In this document: piece after piece, positions 1 through 12,149 of the stretch
Layout of the letters: every line of letters starts with the position of its first letter
Numbering within the stretch: the stretch's first letter is position 1
DNA from: Octopus sinensis
Taxonomy: Eukaryota
Length of the DNA: 41,317 bases
NCBI RefSeq assembly: GCF_006345805.1
Contig: NW_021835274.1
Location: 1 to 41,317, forward strand
Direction of reading: 5' to 3'
Program-made: the position numbers and the translations under genes
The notes under the pieces: generated by a model
The model's input: the letters and a program-made list of their open reading frames with translations, nothing else
What the model was told of the DNA's origin: nothing
Databases searched by the model: none

Positions 1-1162
1 GACCTTGGTGGGGGCCGAGACCAAACACTGAGATGTCATCTAGGGAATGGCCCGGCCGAGCGGAAGTGGGCATGCGACGGGAGAAAAAGAGTGTAGGCGA
101 ACGTCCCTAAGTGCTCAGTGAAACGGTCGGACACCGGCGTCCGTCTGTCCTATATATATATATGTATATATATTTATATATATAATATGTGTGTGGGTGT
201 GTGTGTGTGTGCATAGATATATGTATATATTATAATGCATATAGATATTTTATACGTATATTAAATATTTGTATATAGATGTATGTTTATATGTACATAT
301 GTATATATATATATATATATGTCAATATATATATATCTGTATCTATCTAACTATATATATATATATATATAATATATATATATAATATATATATATATAT
401 ATAATATATCTATATCTATATACATATACATATCTAATAGTAATCTGAGGGAAGCGATGAAAACTTACACTACATTTGACTTAATAAAATAAAATGAACG
501 TAAATACTATTCGGACATTATGTATGCAGCTATAAGCTGGAGGTCGATATTTTAAAAAATATGCTTCTAAAACAAAACTGAAATAAGTTAATAACTAAAT
601 AATAAAATTTAAAAAATCCCTCTGCATAATTTTTTTAATACCATATTTAGATCTTATTTCCCATATAAATGTCAAATTTTCTAGGACGAAACTACAAATT
701 TCGACAGAGTTAATATTTTGAAAAGGAAAAGAAGAATATGTTGCGATTTCTTCCTTCGAGGAAGGAAATGTACTGTTTGTTCAGTCGTGCGCAGTGAATG
801 CATCGTATATAAAACTAAACAGTAGTTTCAGTATTGGTATGCTTGTGAATTTATAGATTTTGGTAGTTGATGTAGTAAATGATAATTACTAATTGCTCTA
901 AAGAATATAGAGCACTCAATGATAAATACTTTGGGACCACTGAAAAAGCAAAATTTAAAAACAATGTGTGCAATGAAAATTCATGGGTTTCTGCACAATT
1001 TCGGTCTAATAGGTAGGTATATGTCAAGTCAAAACTCAGGTAGAAAAATCTTGGCCAGTATGCTGTGCATATGTATGGAACCTTGAACAACGGAAGTTGT
1101 GAAGTGAATATCTTGATAATACAGCCACGAAGACCGTAATTTGACTGGTATTGATTTCATTG

Positions 1163-1392
1163 GCGGCGAGCTGGCAGAATCGTTAGCACGCCGGGCGAAA
1201 TGCGTAGCCGTATTTCGTCTGTCGTTACGTTGTGAGTTCAAATTCCGCCGAGGTCGACTTTGCCTTTCATCCTTTCGGGGTCGATAAATTAAGTACCAGT
1301 TACGCACTGGGGTCGATGTAATTGACTTAATACCTATGTCTGTCTTTGTTTGTCCCTACTATGTTTAGCCCCTTGTGGGTAATAAAGAAATA
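1163..1392 (+). mobile_element. tRNA-derived SINE family A, long-tail variant, full length
   Basis: Head GCGGCGAGCTGGCAGAATCG, B-box-like GAGTTCAAATTC, central GCCTTTCATCCTTTCGGGGTCGATAAATTAAGTACCAG (Meta-domain-like as I recall it, unverified). Perfect 16-bp TSD GGTATTGATTTCATTG at 1147-1162 and 1393-1408. Confidence 0.9.
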
Positions 1393-1604
1393 GGTATTGA
1401 TTTCATTGACTATAGAGGTTGTGAAGCGCACACCCGGCTTCGACTGTATTTGAATTCAGAGTGTAAAGGGACGTAATTGCAGAGCTACAAAAATAGTTGG
1501 TCAGCTGGCCTGTAACAAACAGCATTGGATCTAAATCAATGTACAGGGGGTGGTGCTGAAAAGTTCCTCACTTTGGGTAAAAGAAAATACAAGAGGATCC
1601 AAAA

Positions 1605-2854
1605 TTACCCTGCGCGCGTCAGCGAAAGCAGGGCATTGTAATTAATCGTCTTTGTCTATTTGTCTGGATGTTTGCAAAAATACTGGAAAACGGCTGAACG
1701 GATTTTCGCGAGATTTGGCAAAAATACTCATTGGGTGAGTGGCTCGAAATGATGAAAATTGAGTATGATTATCTTCAAACATACATAAATACATACATCG
1801 ATATGCGACTCTGTGTGTGCATGTATGTGTGCGTGTGTGTATGCGTGTGTGTGTGTGTGTGTATGTATGTGTGTGTGTATGTGTGTGTTTGTGTGAGTGT
1901 GTGTTTGTGTGTACAGTGATGGATTCGAGGGTTTCGTTTATTTACGAGTTGATTTCTGAATTTCACCGGAGTATAAATACCTATAATGGTAAAACACTTC
2001 TCAAATTCCATGTAATATTTTCTGTTAGTATTTCATTTTGTTCACTTTCTTTTTTATATGAATCGACCCTCGTCTGCGTATGTATAGATCATGGTGTGCC
2101 TATGCGCGTAGACACGTGTGAGTACATACACACAGAAATACATACGTAAATACATACATAGACATGTGACTCTGGGAGTGTGTGTGTGTGAGTCTGTGTG
2201 TATGTGTGTGCGTGCGTGTGTTGTGTGTGTATGTGTATGTGTGTACAACGATGGATCCGAGGGTTTCTTTTATTCACGAGTTGATTTCTTAATTTCAGCG
2301 GAATATAAATACCTATAATGGTGATAATTAAAAATAAAAATAAAATAAGTCGAACTTACAAATTTCCCCGATAAGCAAGTGATCATATTATTTATATCCT
2401 ACAACGTACGTTTGATTCACCTGCCATCATTGAAAAACGTTGAAAACACTTAAATTTTATGCGATATTTTCTATAAGTATTTTGTTCACTTTCTTATTCA
2501 TATGATTTAACATTCGTCTGCGTGTGTATAGATCATGATGTACCTAAGCGCGTAAACACGTGTGGGTACATACATACATACATACATACATACATAGATA
2601 TGCGACTCTGTGTGTTTGTGTTTGAGTGTGTGTTTGTGTGTGGGTGTGTATAGAGATGGATTCGTGGGTTATGTTTATTTATGAGTTGATTTCTTATCTT
2701 CACTGAAGGATAAATAACTATAATGGTGATACTTAAAATAAAAATCAGTTCAAGTAAAAATCATAGCTAAGCAGCGTATTGTAAGCCCCACTATAGTTTG
2801 TGAAAAAAATTATCTGCGCGCAGGGTGTGCATCGCCCCTCCGATGCCTCTTTTT
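1605..2854 (+). mobile_element. Non-autonomous Helentron-like element (HINE/DINE-1 architecture)
   Basis: 11-bp subterminal inverted repeats ACCCTGCGCGC (1607-1617) and GCGCGCAGGGT (2816-2826). Short 5' IR GCAGGG (1628-1633). 3' stem-loop GCATCG-CCCCTC-CGATGC (2829-2846). T-rich ends and internal tandem repeats with microsatellites. Confidence 0.75.
1801..2745. repeat. Internal tandem repeat of the HINE-like element, about 2.4 units
   Basis: Anchor ATATGCGACTCTG or a variant at 1801, 2162 and 2598. Each unit has a (TG)n block, then GATGGATTCG..GAGTTGATTTCT..AAATACCTATAATGGT. Unit 2 carries an extra segment. Confidence 0.85.
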
Positions 2855-2871
2855 CATTATGATTGTATTTT

Positions 2872-3270
2872 AAGGCAGCGAGCCGGCAGAATTGTTAGCA
2901 CACCGGGCAAAAGACTTAGCGGTATTTCGTTTGCCGTTACGTTCTGAGTTCAAATTCGGCCGAGGTCGACTTTGCCTTTCATCCCTTCGGGGTGGATAAA
3001 TAAAGGACAAGTTGTGCACTGGAGTCGATGTAATCGGCTTAATCCGTTCGTCTGTCCTTGTTTGTCCTCTCTGTGTTTAGCCCCTTGTGGGTGGTAAAGA
3101 AATAGGTATTTCGTCTGTCTTTACGTTCTGAGTTCAAATTCTGCCGAGGTCGACTTTGCCTTTCATCCTTTCTGGGTTCGATAAATTAAGTTCAAGTTGC
3201 GTACTGGGGTCGATGTAATCGACTGTCCTCTTCCACCAAAATTTCGGGCCTTGTGCCTAGAGTGGACAAG
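2872..3270 (+). mobile_element. SINE family A: long-tail copy nested in a short-tail copy
   Basis: Two central domains in tandem. Inner duplication GGTATTTCGT at 2921-2930 and 3105-3114. Outer TSD ATTATGATTG(T/A)ATT at 2856-2869 and 3271-3284. Confidence 0.8.
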
Positions 3271-3956
3271 ATTATGATTGAATTCAGCATATTAACCTCA
3301 GATTCACACACTTATAGCAGAGGTCCTTCGTTTTATCTAAACGCTGTAAAAGAATTCCAACCAAGCCCCTCGCGATTCACTTAAAGACAGGAACTTTTCA
3401 GAATCCCTCATATTTTAACTAACATCTACTTTTGTTGCTGTATCATAAAGTCTTTGTAATCATATGTTGTCTCTTAGGTCTGTTAAGTAGACAGCCCTTT
3501 GTTAAGAGAGTAGGCGTGGATTTGCAAAAAAAAACATTAGTCATTCGAGTAAAATGCCTGCAGTATTTAATTGTCATTTGCGTTCTCAATTAAAATCCTG
3601 CCGAGCTCAATTCTGCCTTTCATTATTCTGAGTTGATAATACAAAGTACCAGTCAAATATTGGTGTTGCTTTAATATCGCTAAAGCATCGTTGATGTGAA
3701 TAGCTTTACTATGGAAGAAGACAAAGAAAGAAGATATAACGGGTAAACAAATGAAGAAAAGAAAATATTTTTGCAAGTGAGAGAGAGGAGAGAGATACCG
3801 AAAAGAAATGGAATAGAAAGACACAATATTGGACAGATAGGAAGACAAAGATAGTTGGCAAAAGAATAAGTAATACACATGACGAATGGTAATGTATAGA
3901 CAGATAGATGTATATGTTGCGTTAGGAAAAGTAAAGTAGTAGAGGAAAAAGAGGCA

Positions 3957-4012
<56 letters not shown>

Positions 4013-4038
4013 GTGTTTGTATATATACATATATATAT

Positions 4039-4097
<59 letters not shown>

Positions 4098-4119
4098 ACA
4101 TACACACACATATACATAC

Positions 4120-4150
<31 letters not shown>

Positions 4151-4194
4151 CGCCTACATACACACACACATATACATACATATATTATATATAT

Positions 4195-4605
4195 ACTCTT
4201 TTACTTGTTTCAGTCATTTGACTGCGGCCATGCTGGAGCACCGCCTTTAATCGAGCAACTCGACCCCGGGACTTATTCTTTTGTAAGCCCAGTACTTATT
4301 CGATCGGTCTCTTTTGCCGAACCGCTAAGTAACGGGGACATAAACACACCAGCATCGGTTGTCAAGCAATGCTGGGGGGACAAACACAGACACACAAACA
4401 CACACACACACACACATATATATATACATATATACATATATACGACGGGCTTCTTTCAGTTTCCGTCTACCAAATCCACTCACAAGACTTTGGTCGGCCT
4501 GAGGCTATAGTAGAAGACACTTGCCCAAGGTGCCACGCAGTGGGACTGAACCTGGAACCATGTGGTTGGTAAACAAGCTACTTACCACACAGCCACTCCT
4601 GCGCC
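4195..4605 (-). mobile_element. SINE family C (internal microsatellite, CR1-like tail)
   Basis: Reverse complement of the 18389 and 18996 copies. Head GGCGCAGGAGTGGCTGTGTGGTAAG, tail GGCGGTGCTCCAGCATGGCCGCAGTCAAATGACTGAAACAAGTAAAAGAG. Flanked by (TA)n on both sides. Confidence 0.9.
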
Positions 4606-4623
4606 ATATATACATATATATAT

Positions 4624-4654
<31 letters not shown>

Positions 4655-4799
4655 AAGTGAGAGATATGAAAATAGAAAGCGACAAAGAGAGTGAGAGAAT
4701 AAAAAAACACGAACAGAAAGAAAGTGTGAAAGAAAGAGAAAAGAGAAGAGAGAAAAATATGAGACATTAAGAAATTCTCTAGAATGTTCTTTAACTCAC

Positions 4800-5109
4800 T
4801 TGATCAGGAAATGAAGCCCATTAAATGGCTCTCCTTGGGAGACAATACAGTTCCCTGTTGTTAGTTTATAAAGGTGTAGTGCCATAGCTAAATTGGTTTT
4901 CTGTCGTACTGGCCAGTCGCGAAACAATCTATACTTTTCAATGAAGGATCTCTTTGTGTGAAGTTCTTGGGTCTGATGATCTAGAAGACAATCGAGATAT
5001 ACCTGCCTCCTGACAGCTAGAAGTTCAACGCCGTCCACGGCTACAATAGTAGCAGTTCGAATACAATCTTTCGACATAAGCGCCAGTTCGCCAAATGCTT
5101 TTCCACCGT
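4800..5109 (-). CDS. Exon (310 bp) of cNMP-binding-domain protein: phosphate-binding cassette of CNBD-A and start of CNBD-B
   Basis: Acceptor ctttcAG|AC GGT GGA, donor ATC AA|GTGAGT. Encodes (D)GGKAFGELALMSKDCIRTATIVAVDGVELLAVRRQVYLDCLL...LFRDWP...IVSQGEPFNGLHFLI. FGELAL..R-T-A-T is the cNMP phosphate-binding cassette. Confidence 0.92.
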
Positions 5110-5441
5110 CTGAAAGTTTAACCGTAACCACAAAACTAAATTAAATCTGTATTAAAACAAATTATTAAAGACACATATTTTAATAAAGGCATTCACAACC
5201 AAACGTAAAAGTCAAGACTTGGAATCAGCAGCTAAATATCCCTCATCTCTCAGATCACATCCTAGCTGTTTCACAAAAGGACACGTTTGTTGCAGAATGC
5301 TGTGCACAGTGATCGAGTAAATACGGTATGGTTAGAACATCAATAAGCTTAGATCTACTCAATCAGTGTTGATTCGGAGCTCAATAAGAAAAATAAAGTG
5401 GGAACAAAACGGATGGAAAAATAAACACATATATATTGATT

Positions 5442-5648
5442 TAAAATTTTGACACAAAGCCAGCTATTTCGGGAAGGAGTAAGTCGATTATTTCGACCTT
5501 AGTGCTTAACTGGTACTTATGTTATCGACCACGAATGGATGAAAGGCAAAGTCGACCTCGGCGTAATTTGAACACGGAATGTAAAGACGGATGAAATGCC
5601 GCTAAGCAATTTGCCAGGCGTGCTAACGATTCTGCCAACGGCCCATCT
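5442..5648 (-). mobile_element. SINE family A, diverged
   Basis: Contains GGATGAAAGGCAAAGTCGACCTCGGCG and GCTAACGATTCTGCC, the reverse complement of the family A body and head. Confidence 0.8.
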
Positions 5649-6760
5649 TAAAATTAAAACGAATATATTCGGAACAGGAAACGTAAGACAAAACTAAATG
5701 AAGTTCAATAATATTCAGGTTAATTGTTAAGGCAGGATATCAAACTAAGTAAGCTCGGTGTTGGTTACGAGGGAATATCTCATAGTTACAATGCATTAGA
5801 TTATTGTCTTAGCTGACTACACACTCACTAGCAGACATCGCAACCATCTCGGCCCTATAATATCTGGACGAAGAAAGAGTTGCATCAGTACCAGGTTGGC
5901 ACTCAGTTGCAACCAAGTAGACGGCAGCAAACCGAAATGAACTGCGTTGCTCAAGAAATTGAACCTATGCTCTTATGAACCAAACACAGGATACGCATCA
6001 AATACTAGGATACGCATATTCACTCAAGTTGTTCAACCGGAAGCAAGTCTAATAAAAATGCTGAGGGTATAACACTGCCCTTTAGTATTCAATGTCCCTC
6101 TAATGATTTTTCTTTTACATTCCTTCATGGCCTGTTTCTACGTATATGATATCGTATATTGCACAATAAAATAAATATCCTTCGTATCCTCTCATTTTCA
6201 TTGCTGGTAATGCTTATGCAAAAATTTAACAAATCATGATGTAAAAATAGCTATTTAATGGCTATTTAGAAGCTGTTCAATGGATTACAGGACATTAGAT
6301 TTTTCAAAATGTTTAGAAAAGGTCCGTAGTCTACAGAGAACAACACTTCACTGGGTCGCATAACGCCATCCGCAGGCCCACAACACAGGATAGTGGAAAT
6401 CAGCTACTCTCATCATCGAGTGTGCCTCAAACTGCTAGAAATAGTAGCCATATGCCGCCGAATAATACGAGAATTACCCATTAGATAATGAAGATCTGTA
6501 TACTTTATTATCTTGAGTAAAATACTTTTAACCAATGGTATACACGATCCGAGTTAACCTGGCATTGAACCGCAGCAATAACGTCAACATTAGCAAGGTA
6601 ACCATCATGAAAGAAAATAATAGGTTTGTACATTACATGGTATGCAAGCTTTTTCATCTCAGTGACAGTAAATCTAAATTTTCAAAAACCTTTAACACAT
6701 AACGCCACATCAAAAATAGTTTTGAAAGTTTCATTATTAAAGATAAAACAAAAGCAACAA

Positions 6761-7190
6761 ACTGGTAGAATCATAACCGTGCCGGGCAAAATGTTTAGTT
6801 TCATTTCGTCTGTCTTTACGTTCTGAGTTCACATTCAACCGAGGTCAACTACACAGTTCACCCCTTCTAGGGTTGATAAAATAAGTACCAGCTGAACACT
6901 GGGATCAATGTAATCTACTTTCCCCTCCTCCAAAATTGCTGGCCTTGTGCTAAAAATTGAAATCCTTATTACAGATAAAACTAAGGTGACGAGCTGGCAG
7001 AATCTTTAGCATGGAGACAGGAGAAAATACTTGGTAGCATTTCATCTGCGTTTAAGTTCTGAGTTCAAATACCGCCGAGATCTACTTCGCCTTTCGTCCC
7101 TTCGGAGTCGATGAAATACGTGCTAGTTGAACATTGGAGTCGAGTTAATCGATTTACACTAATGCTGGCCTTGTGCCAAAATTCGAAATC
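6761..7190 (+). mobile_element. Two adjacent diverged SINE family A copies (about 6761-6967 and 6984-7190)
   Basis: Both show head, central domain and GGCCTTGTGC tail. The second is flanked by ATTACAGA(T/G)AAAACTA at 6968-6983 and 7191-7206 (16-bp TSD, 1 mismatch). Confidence 0.75.
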
Positions 7191-7312
7191 ATTACAGAGA
7201 AAACTACCATGTTTGCTATTCAGTTTGCTTTTATTTCTGCACCACATACAAGCAACACATTTCTCGCGCTATGACTTATAACTTACATATTTAGAACATT
7301 GCAGTTGCTGCT

Positions 7313-7730
7313 TGATTATTTGTTTGTTTGTTTGTTTATTGAGCGAAGCGGTCTTTGTCCCAGAGCTCGCAAGATTGCGCCTCAGGATTGTCTGTAGCGG
7401 CAGAAGTCCGAAACGTGGTCCTTTGCTATTCGTAAGACCCGCTGAAGAGAAAGCAGGTCAACCCCCAACACCGAGAGCATCGACGGATAGATGAATGCGC
7501 ATCCAGGCTCAGCGGTTGCGTAGGAAGTCGGGGACAAGAAACAGGAAGAAAGAGTGAGAGAAAGTTGGAGCGAAAGAGTACAACAGGGGTCGCCACCACT
7601 CCCTGCCGGAGCCTCGTGGAGCTTTAGGTGTTTTCGTTCAATAAACACACACAACGCCCGGTCTGGGAATCTAAACGGCGATCCTCCGACCGCGAGTCCG
7701 CTATCCTAATCACTAGGCCATTGCGCCTCC
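7313..7730 (-). mobile_element. SINE family B2 (family B 5' module with a different 3' module)
   Basis: 7537-7730 matches the family B head and body; 7313-7536 is unrelated and ends in an (AAAC)n tail. Perfect 13-bp TSD TGCAGTTGCTGCT at 7300-7312 and 7731-7743. Confidence 0.85.
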
Positions 7731-7875
7731 TGCAGTTGCTGCTGCCCTGCATGCAGACGTACTCCGCCGCGACTGAAAACCCCGTCAGACAAGCAATTTA
7801 CCCCTATCCTTCCCACCTAGGATTTCAACTTGCTGAGATACTCAATCTCTGCACACGTCACATACTGAACAAAAT

Positions 7876-7949
7876 GGGTAAGATGTTTGCGTAATAAGTA
7901 ACAGACACATACGGGTAAGATGCTTGCGTAATAAGTAACAGACACATAC
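7876..7949. repeat. 37-bp tandem duplication
   Basis: GGGTAAGATG(T/C)TTGCGTAATAAGTAACAGACACATAC occurs twice, starting at 7876 and 7913. Confidence 0.9.
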
Positions 7950-8208
7950 ATACAAGAACATAAATAAAAATGCAACGTGTATAAAGTATGTTGTGCACTG
8001 TGTATTATGCATGTGTGTTTGTGTCCGTTGAGTCTGCATACTTGTATGAGTGGGTATGCGTGTGTTGCGTGCTTTTATAAATATGCGTGTGTGTGTATAT
8101 AACTATGCGTGTGGGTGTGTGTGCAACTGTGTGCGAGTATGTGTGTGCAAGTGTGTGCGTGTATGTGTGTGCAAGTGTGTGCGAGTATGTGTGTGCAAGT
8201 GTGTGCGA

Positions 8209-8247
<39 letters not shown>

Positions 8248-8284
8248 CGTGCTTGTTTTTCCGTTACAAAAGCAATAACAATAC

Positions 8285-8478
8285 CTATATTGGAAATAAA
8301 GTTGCCGAAATATGATGAATGTAAACTAGGAGGATACTGTTTGATCTCATAGCCCTTTGAAATATGGCTGTCCAAACTCTGCATTGAGTCATCGCTCACT
8401 GGACTTCCCAGGTCATCATCGGTGTCTAGTGTCTTCTGTTGGTAAACCGATACGGCTCCAGATATTATGATGTAGAAA
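8285..8478 (-). CDS. Exon (194 bp) of cNMP-binding-domain protein
   Basis: Acceptor ttgtttctttttctctctAG|T TTC TAC, donor ATA G|GTATTG. Encodes [64 protein letters not shown] with no stops. Splice phases match both neighbouring exons. Confidence 0.9.
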
Positions 8479-9125
8479 CTAGAGAGAAAAAGAAACAATA
8501 AAAACGTATGGGAATTAATAGAGATGATGGACTAGAAGTAATAATAAAAAAAAATCCTGATACTTGAAAGAAAAGATGCCTGATACATAAAATTTATGAT
8601 CAGCGGTATTCTAGTTCTGGGCTGCAAGCCCTTTACTTGAAAAACAAAATTAAATTTAGATATAATGTTCCCAGGTCTTTCTCTTGTAACGTTCTTAATT
8701 ACACTTTTCTCACATTAACAGAGGAACCATTATCGGTAAACTTATACAAAAATTCTATATTTATGAGCATAATTATAATTAGGGTCAGCAAAATTTGCTT
8801 CACCACATACCGAAATTTAGAAATAGTTAAACTACTAATCTACTACCATAAGATATCTCCCAGGCAGCAATGCACAACAACTCCCGCAATTTGACCAAGC
8901 GTCATCAAATAGCAGATATCGAAAGACCATTACTTTAAAATTTGAAATACTGTACTGATGAAGCGAATGAGTGAATAGAAATATGATTCTACATTTGTCA
9001 CATCTCTCTAACTCCGAAACGCGTATACAGTTAATAAGAGCCGGGTGGATTCGTTATTTTTTTTCTCTTTACACACACGCACACATACATATACACGTTT
9101 ATTCATACACATACAGCGTTGCAGT

Positions 9126-9510
9126 GGAGGCGCAATGGCCCAGTGGTTAGGGCAGCGGACTCGCGGTCATAGGATCGCGGTTTCGATTCCCAGATCGGGC
9201 GTTGTGAGTGTTTATTGAGTGAAAACACCTAAAGCTCCACGAGGCTCCGGCAGGGGATGGTGGTGATCCCTGTTGTACCCTTTCACCAATACTTTCTCTC
9301 ACTCTTACTTCCTGTTTCTGTTGTACCTGTATTTCAAAGGGCCGGCCTTGTCACTCTCTGTGTCACGCTGAATATCCTCGAGAACTACGTTAAGGGTACA
9401 CGTGTCTGTGGAGTGCTCAGCCACTTACACGTTAATTTCACGAGCAGGCTGTTCCGTTGATCGGATCAACCGGAACCCTCGTCGTCGTAACCGACGGAGT
9501 GCTTCCATCC
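9126..9510 (+). mobile_element. SINE family B, full length (resembles octopus OR-type SINEs; name unverified)
   Basis: A-box TGGCCCAGTGG and B-box GTTTCGATTCC. Perfect 13-bp TSD ACAGCGTTGCAGT at 9113-9125 and 9511-9523. Near-identical copies at 23447 and 39051. Confidence 0.92.
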
Positions 9511-11029
9511 ACAGCGTTGCAGTCACTAGCAAACGATTTATGACTTCGTACCATGTATCATAGTTTCGTTGTTATAGCTGCTCACCCAGTCGTGAGCAGA
9601 TTTAGACACGTCCTCCGCCTTGGCACCTTTGTTGCAGTGGAACATCCTAGTTGTGAAAACTATAGAGAAAAAGAACTGCACTAGTATTCGGCTGTTATAT
9701 ATTTTCAGAGGAGTATATAGAAATATTAAAATAATTGCTTTGCTCAAGGAGAAAGTGCTGTACCTAGTCCAGAAATCGAACCCTCAGCTTTATGATTATA
9801 AGGCCAATATCCTAGCCATCAAGCCATCATACAGGCTAACACACATGCACGTACATTTATACGAATATTTATGATATTAAAATCATTTCCATCAAGTTCG
9901 TCGTAGCTATAAGCAACACGACAAGTTAGAGAGTTAAAGCCAACAATCGAAATAGCGACATGAAATAAATTGATCTTTCGCTCAAAATTGTGGCCATATT
10001 TAGGATAGCTTTTACGGTTAGAATTGTATTAGACTAGGAATGCATCGAATATATATAAAGAAGAAATAATTGGATAAAATCCACGTACATACTAAGTATA
10101 AGTACGCATCTCACAACAATAAAATGCTCTCTCGCTATCTCTCTATATATCTCTCTATGTATGTATGTATTTATTTATGTATGAATGCATGTATGCATGT
10201 ATTTATGTATACATACATACATATATACATACATATATATATATATATAGTATATATGCATATGTAGACATATATACACACATACATATATATATATATA
10301 AATACATGTATATGTATGTATATATATATATAATATATATATATAATATATATATATATAATATATATATATATATAATATATATGTTTGCATGCATGTA
10401 TGTATGTATTAACCCACTGTCTGTAACATATGAGCGAAACTATTTTATCTTCATGGCAATTGTGGGAATATTCACGCTGCGCATAAAAATTGCTGTTATA
10501 AAAACGTTATTGAAATATACATAAATGATGTTCTCTTCTGACCTGCCATCAGCTTCTAGAATCATATAAAATTTTGTTAATGTTTTTCTTACAAAGCGTT
10601 CACGTTGGTAAGAATAGTCGAGTGCAGAACTAAATATAAATTCCTGGTAATAGTTATTGCAGTAGTTTAACCCCGAGTCATTCTTGATCGAGTGGTCCTA
10701 TGGTCAAAGACATTTCAGCCAGCAGTGTCTTAACAATATTCTCCGCTTCGTCCCCCTAGGTAAAGCAAGCACCGACGACAACAGTATATATTTACTCTGT
10801 ACTAGTTACAGAGTACATCAAGTACATCAATTAGCACTGGATGCGTAGAAATCCCGGGCATCTGTTCAGTGAGCTTAGCTCTTCACACGGTACTGGTTCT
10901 AGCCGTGACCATCCGCCTTTCTTTGTATATCTAAAACTACATTTTCTAATATATTATGTATACTGAGAGAGATTATGGTTGTTATTTCTAGCAGATGAAG
11001 TTGTCATGTAGTGTTTCTTTTCTATCTTT

Positions 11030-11242
11030 GTGTCAAATGTGGGAGCAACACTAGAAATTTCGGGGGAAGGTGTGAGTCGATAACATCGACCTCAGCGCAC
11101 AACCGGTCCTTATTTCATCGACCCTGAAATGATGAAAGGCAAAGTCGACCTCAGCGAAATTTGAACTTAAAACGTAAAGACGGACGAAATACTGCTAAGT
11201 ATTTTTTTCAGGCTTGGTATGATTCCACCAGCTCGTCGCCTT
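11030..11242 (-). mobile_element. SINE family A, diverged
   Basis: GATGAAAGGCAAAGTCGACCTCAGCG...CCAGCTCGTCGCCTT is the reverse complement of the family A body and head. Confidence 0.8.
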
Positions 11243-12034
11243 GTTGCTTTTGTATATTAACTTAGATTTTGTTCGGTTGTTCATTGAAGAAATCTATGAA
11301 CACAATGTTTCCTCCATGACCGTGGCATAATCTCTAAAGATATTCAAGTATGGTCTGAAGATTTTCTTGCTATTTCTAGTGCGACGTAGATGCCTTTTCG
11401 TCGGTTTGTATTAAATTAACGCATATAATCATTGTAGCTTCTGTTCAAAGCCTCGTATTCATCTTCTCTATTCAGTATTCTAAAGTTGATAATTAAGTAT
11501 TAGTTATATTTTGACGTAAATGTAACTAGTCTTATTTTGACATAGATGATTACAAACTTGTCACGTAGTCTCAAAATATTAAATTAATATTTGACAAAAT
11601 AAAGCTGAATAGCGTAGTAAATGTATTAAATATTTTATAGCATTTTATCACTATACATAGACTTGGTCTTCTATATGTTGACCTTTCACTTTGCTGCAAT
11701 TTCATCTGATAGTTTTTTTCTTTCATAGCTTATTGAGAAAAGGAATGGTATCCAAATGAGTTATTACTTGGCCTCTGAGACATTCAGTCTATCAGACAGA
11801 CATTAACCGTATTCTATTTATATATAAATATATATACAAAATAATTTAATCCAAAATGGCGTCGTAACCTCACTGCCTCGTTGTCGTAGTCATTTTTCTG
11901 TAATGAGTAATTACTGCATTTTATGAGCAACTCACATGGACTCTGTTAACAAATGTATCAGTCAGATCGCAGTGCCATCTTGGATTCGTAAATTCACGGC
12001 CGAAGGTAACAGCCATATATATCCTCTCCCTCTC

Positions 12035-12067
<33 letters not shown>

Positions 12068-12149
12068 TACATATACACAAAGTACACACATTATGTGGTG
12101 TTGGGTGTGCGCGCACGCACGCGCGTGTTTGTGTATGTCTATGTAAATG

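Larger units (their letters stand above)
1544..3410. mobile_element. Tc1/mariner-type MITE split by nested insertions
   Basis: TA at 1542-1543 and 3411-3412. TIR core CTGAAAAGTTCCT (1556-1568) is the exact reverse complement of AGGAACTTTTCAG (3389-3401). About 200 bp remain after removing the inserts. Confidence 0.7.

Noticed and set aside
1-150. GC-rich segment at the window start
   Set aside because: Truncated by the edge, with no recognisable motif or matching copy in the window.
3567-4510. YI, CV and HT dipeptide-repeat ORFs (also near 1731, 10165, 24353, 34580, 35594 and 39623)
   Set aside because: Artefacts of dinucleotide repeats.
9126-9200. Functional tRNA genes at SINE heads
   Set aside because: The A- and B-boxes continue into SINE bodies with TSDs, and the acceptor stems do not close.
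10409-10733. TTAA-flanked segment with partial inverted ends
   Set aside because: The TIR match is too short and mismatched to call a piggyBac MITE.
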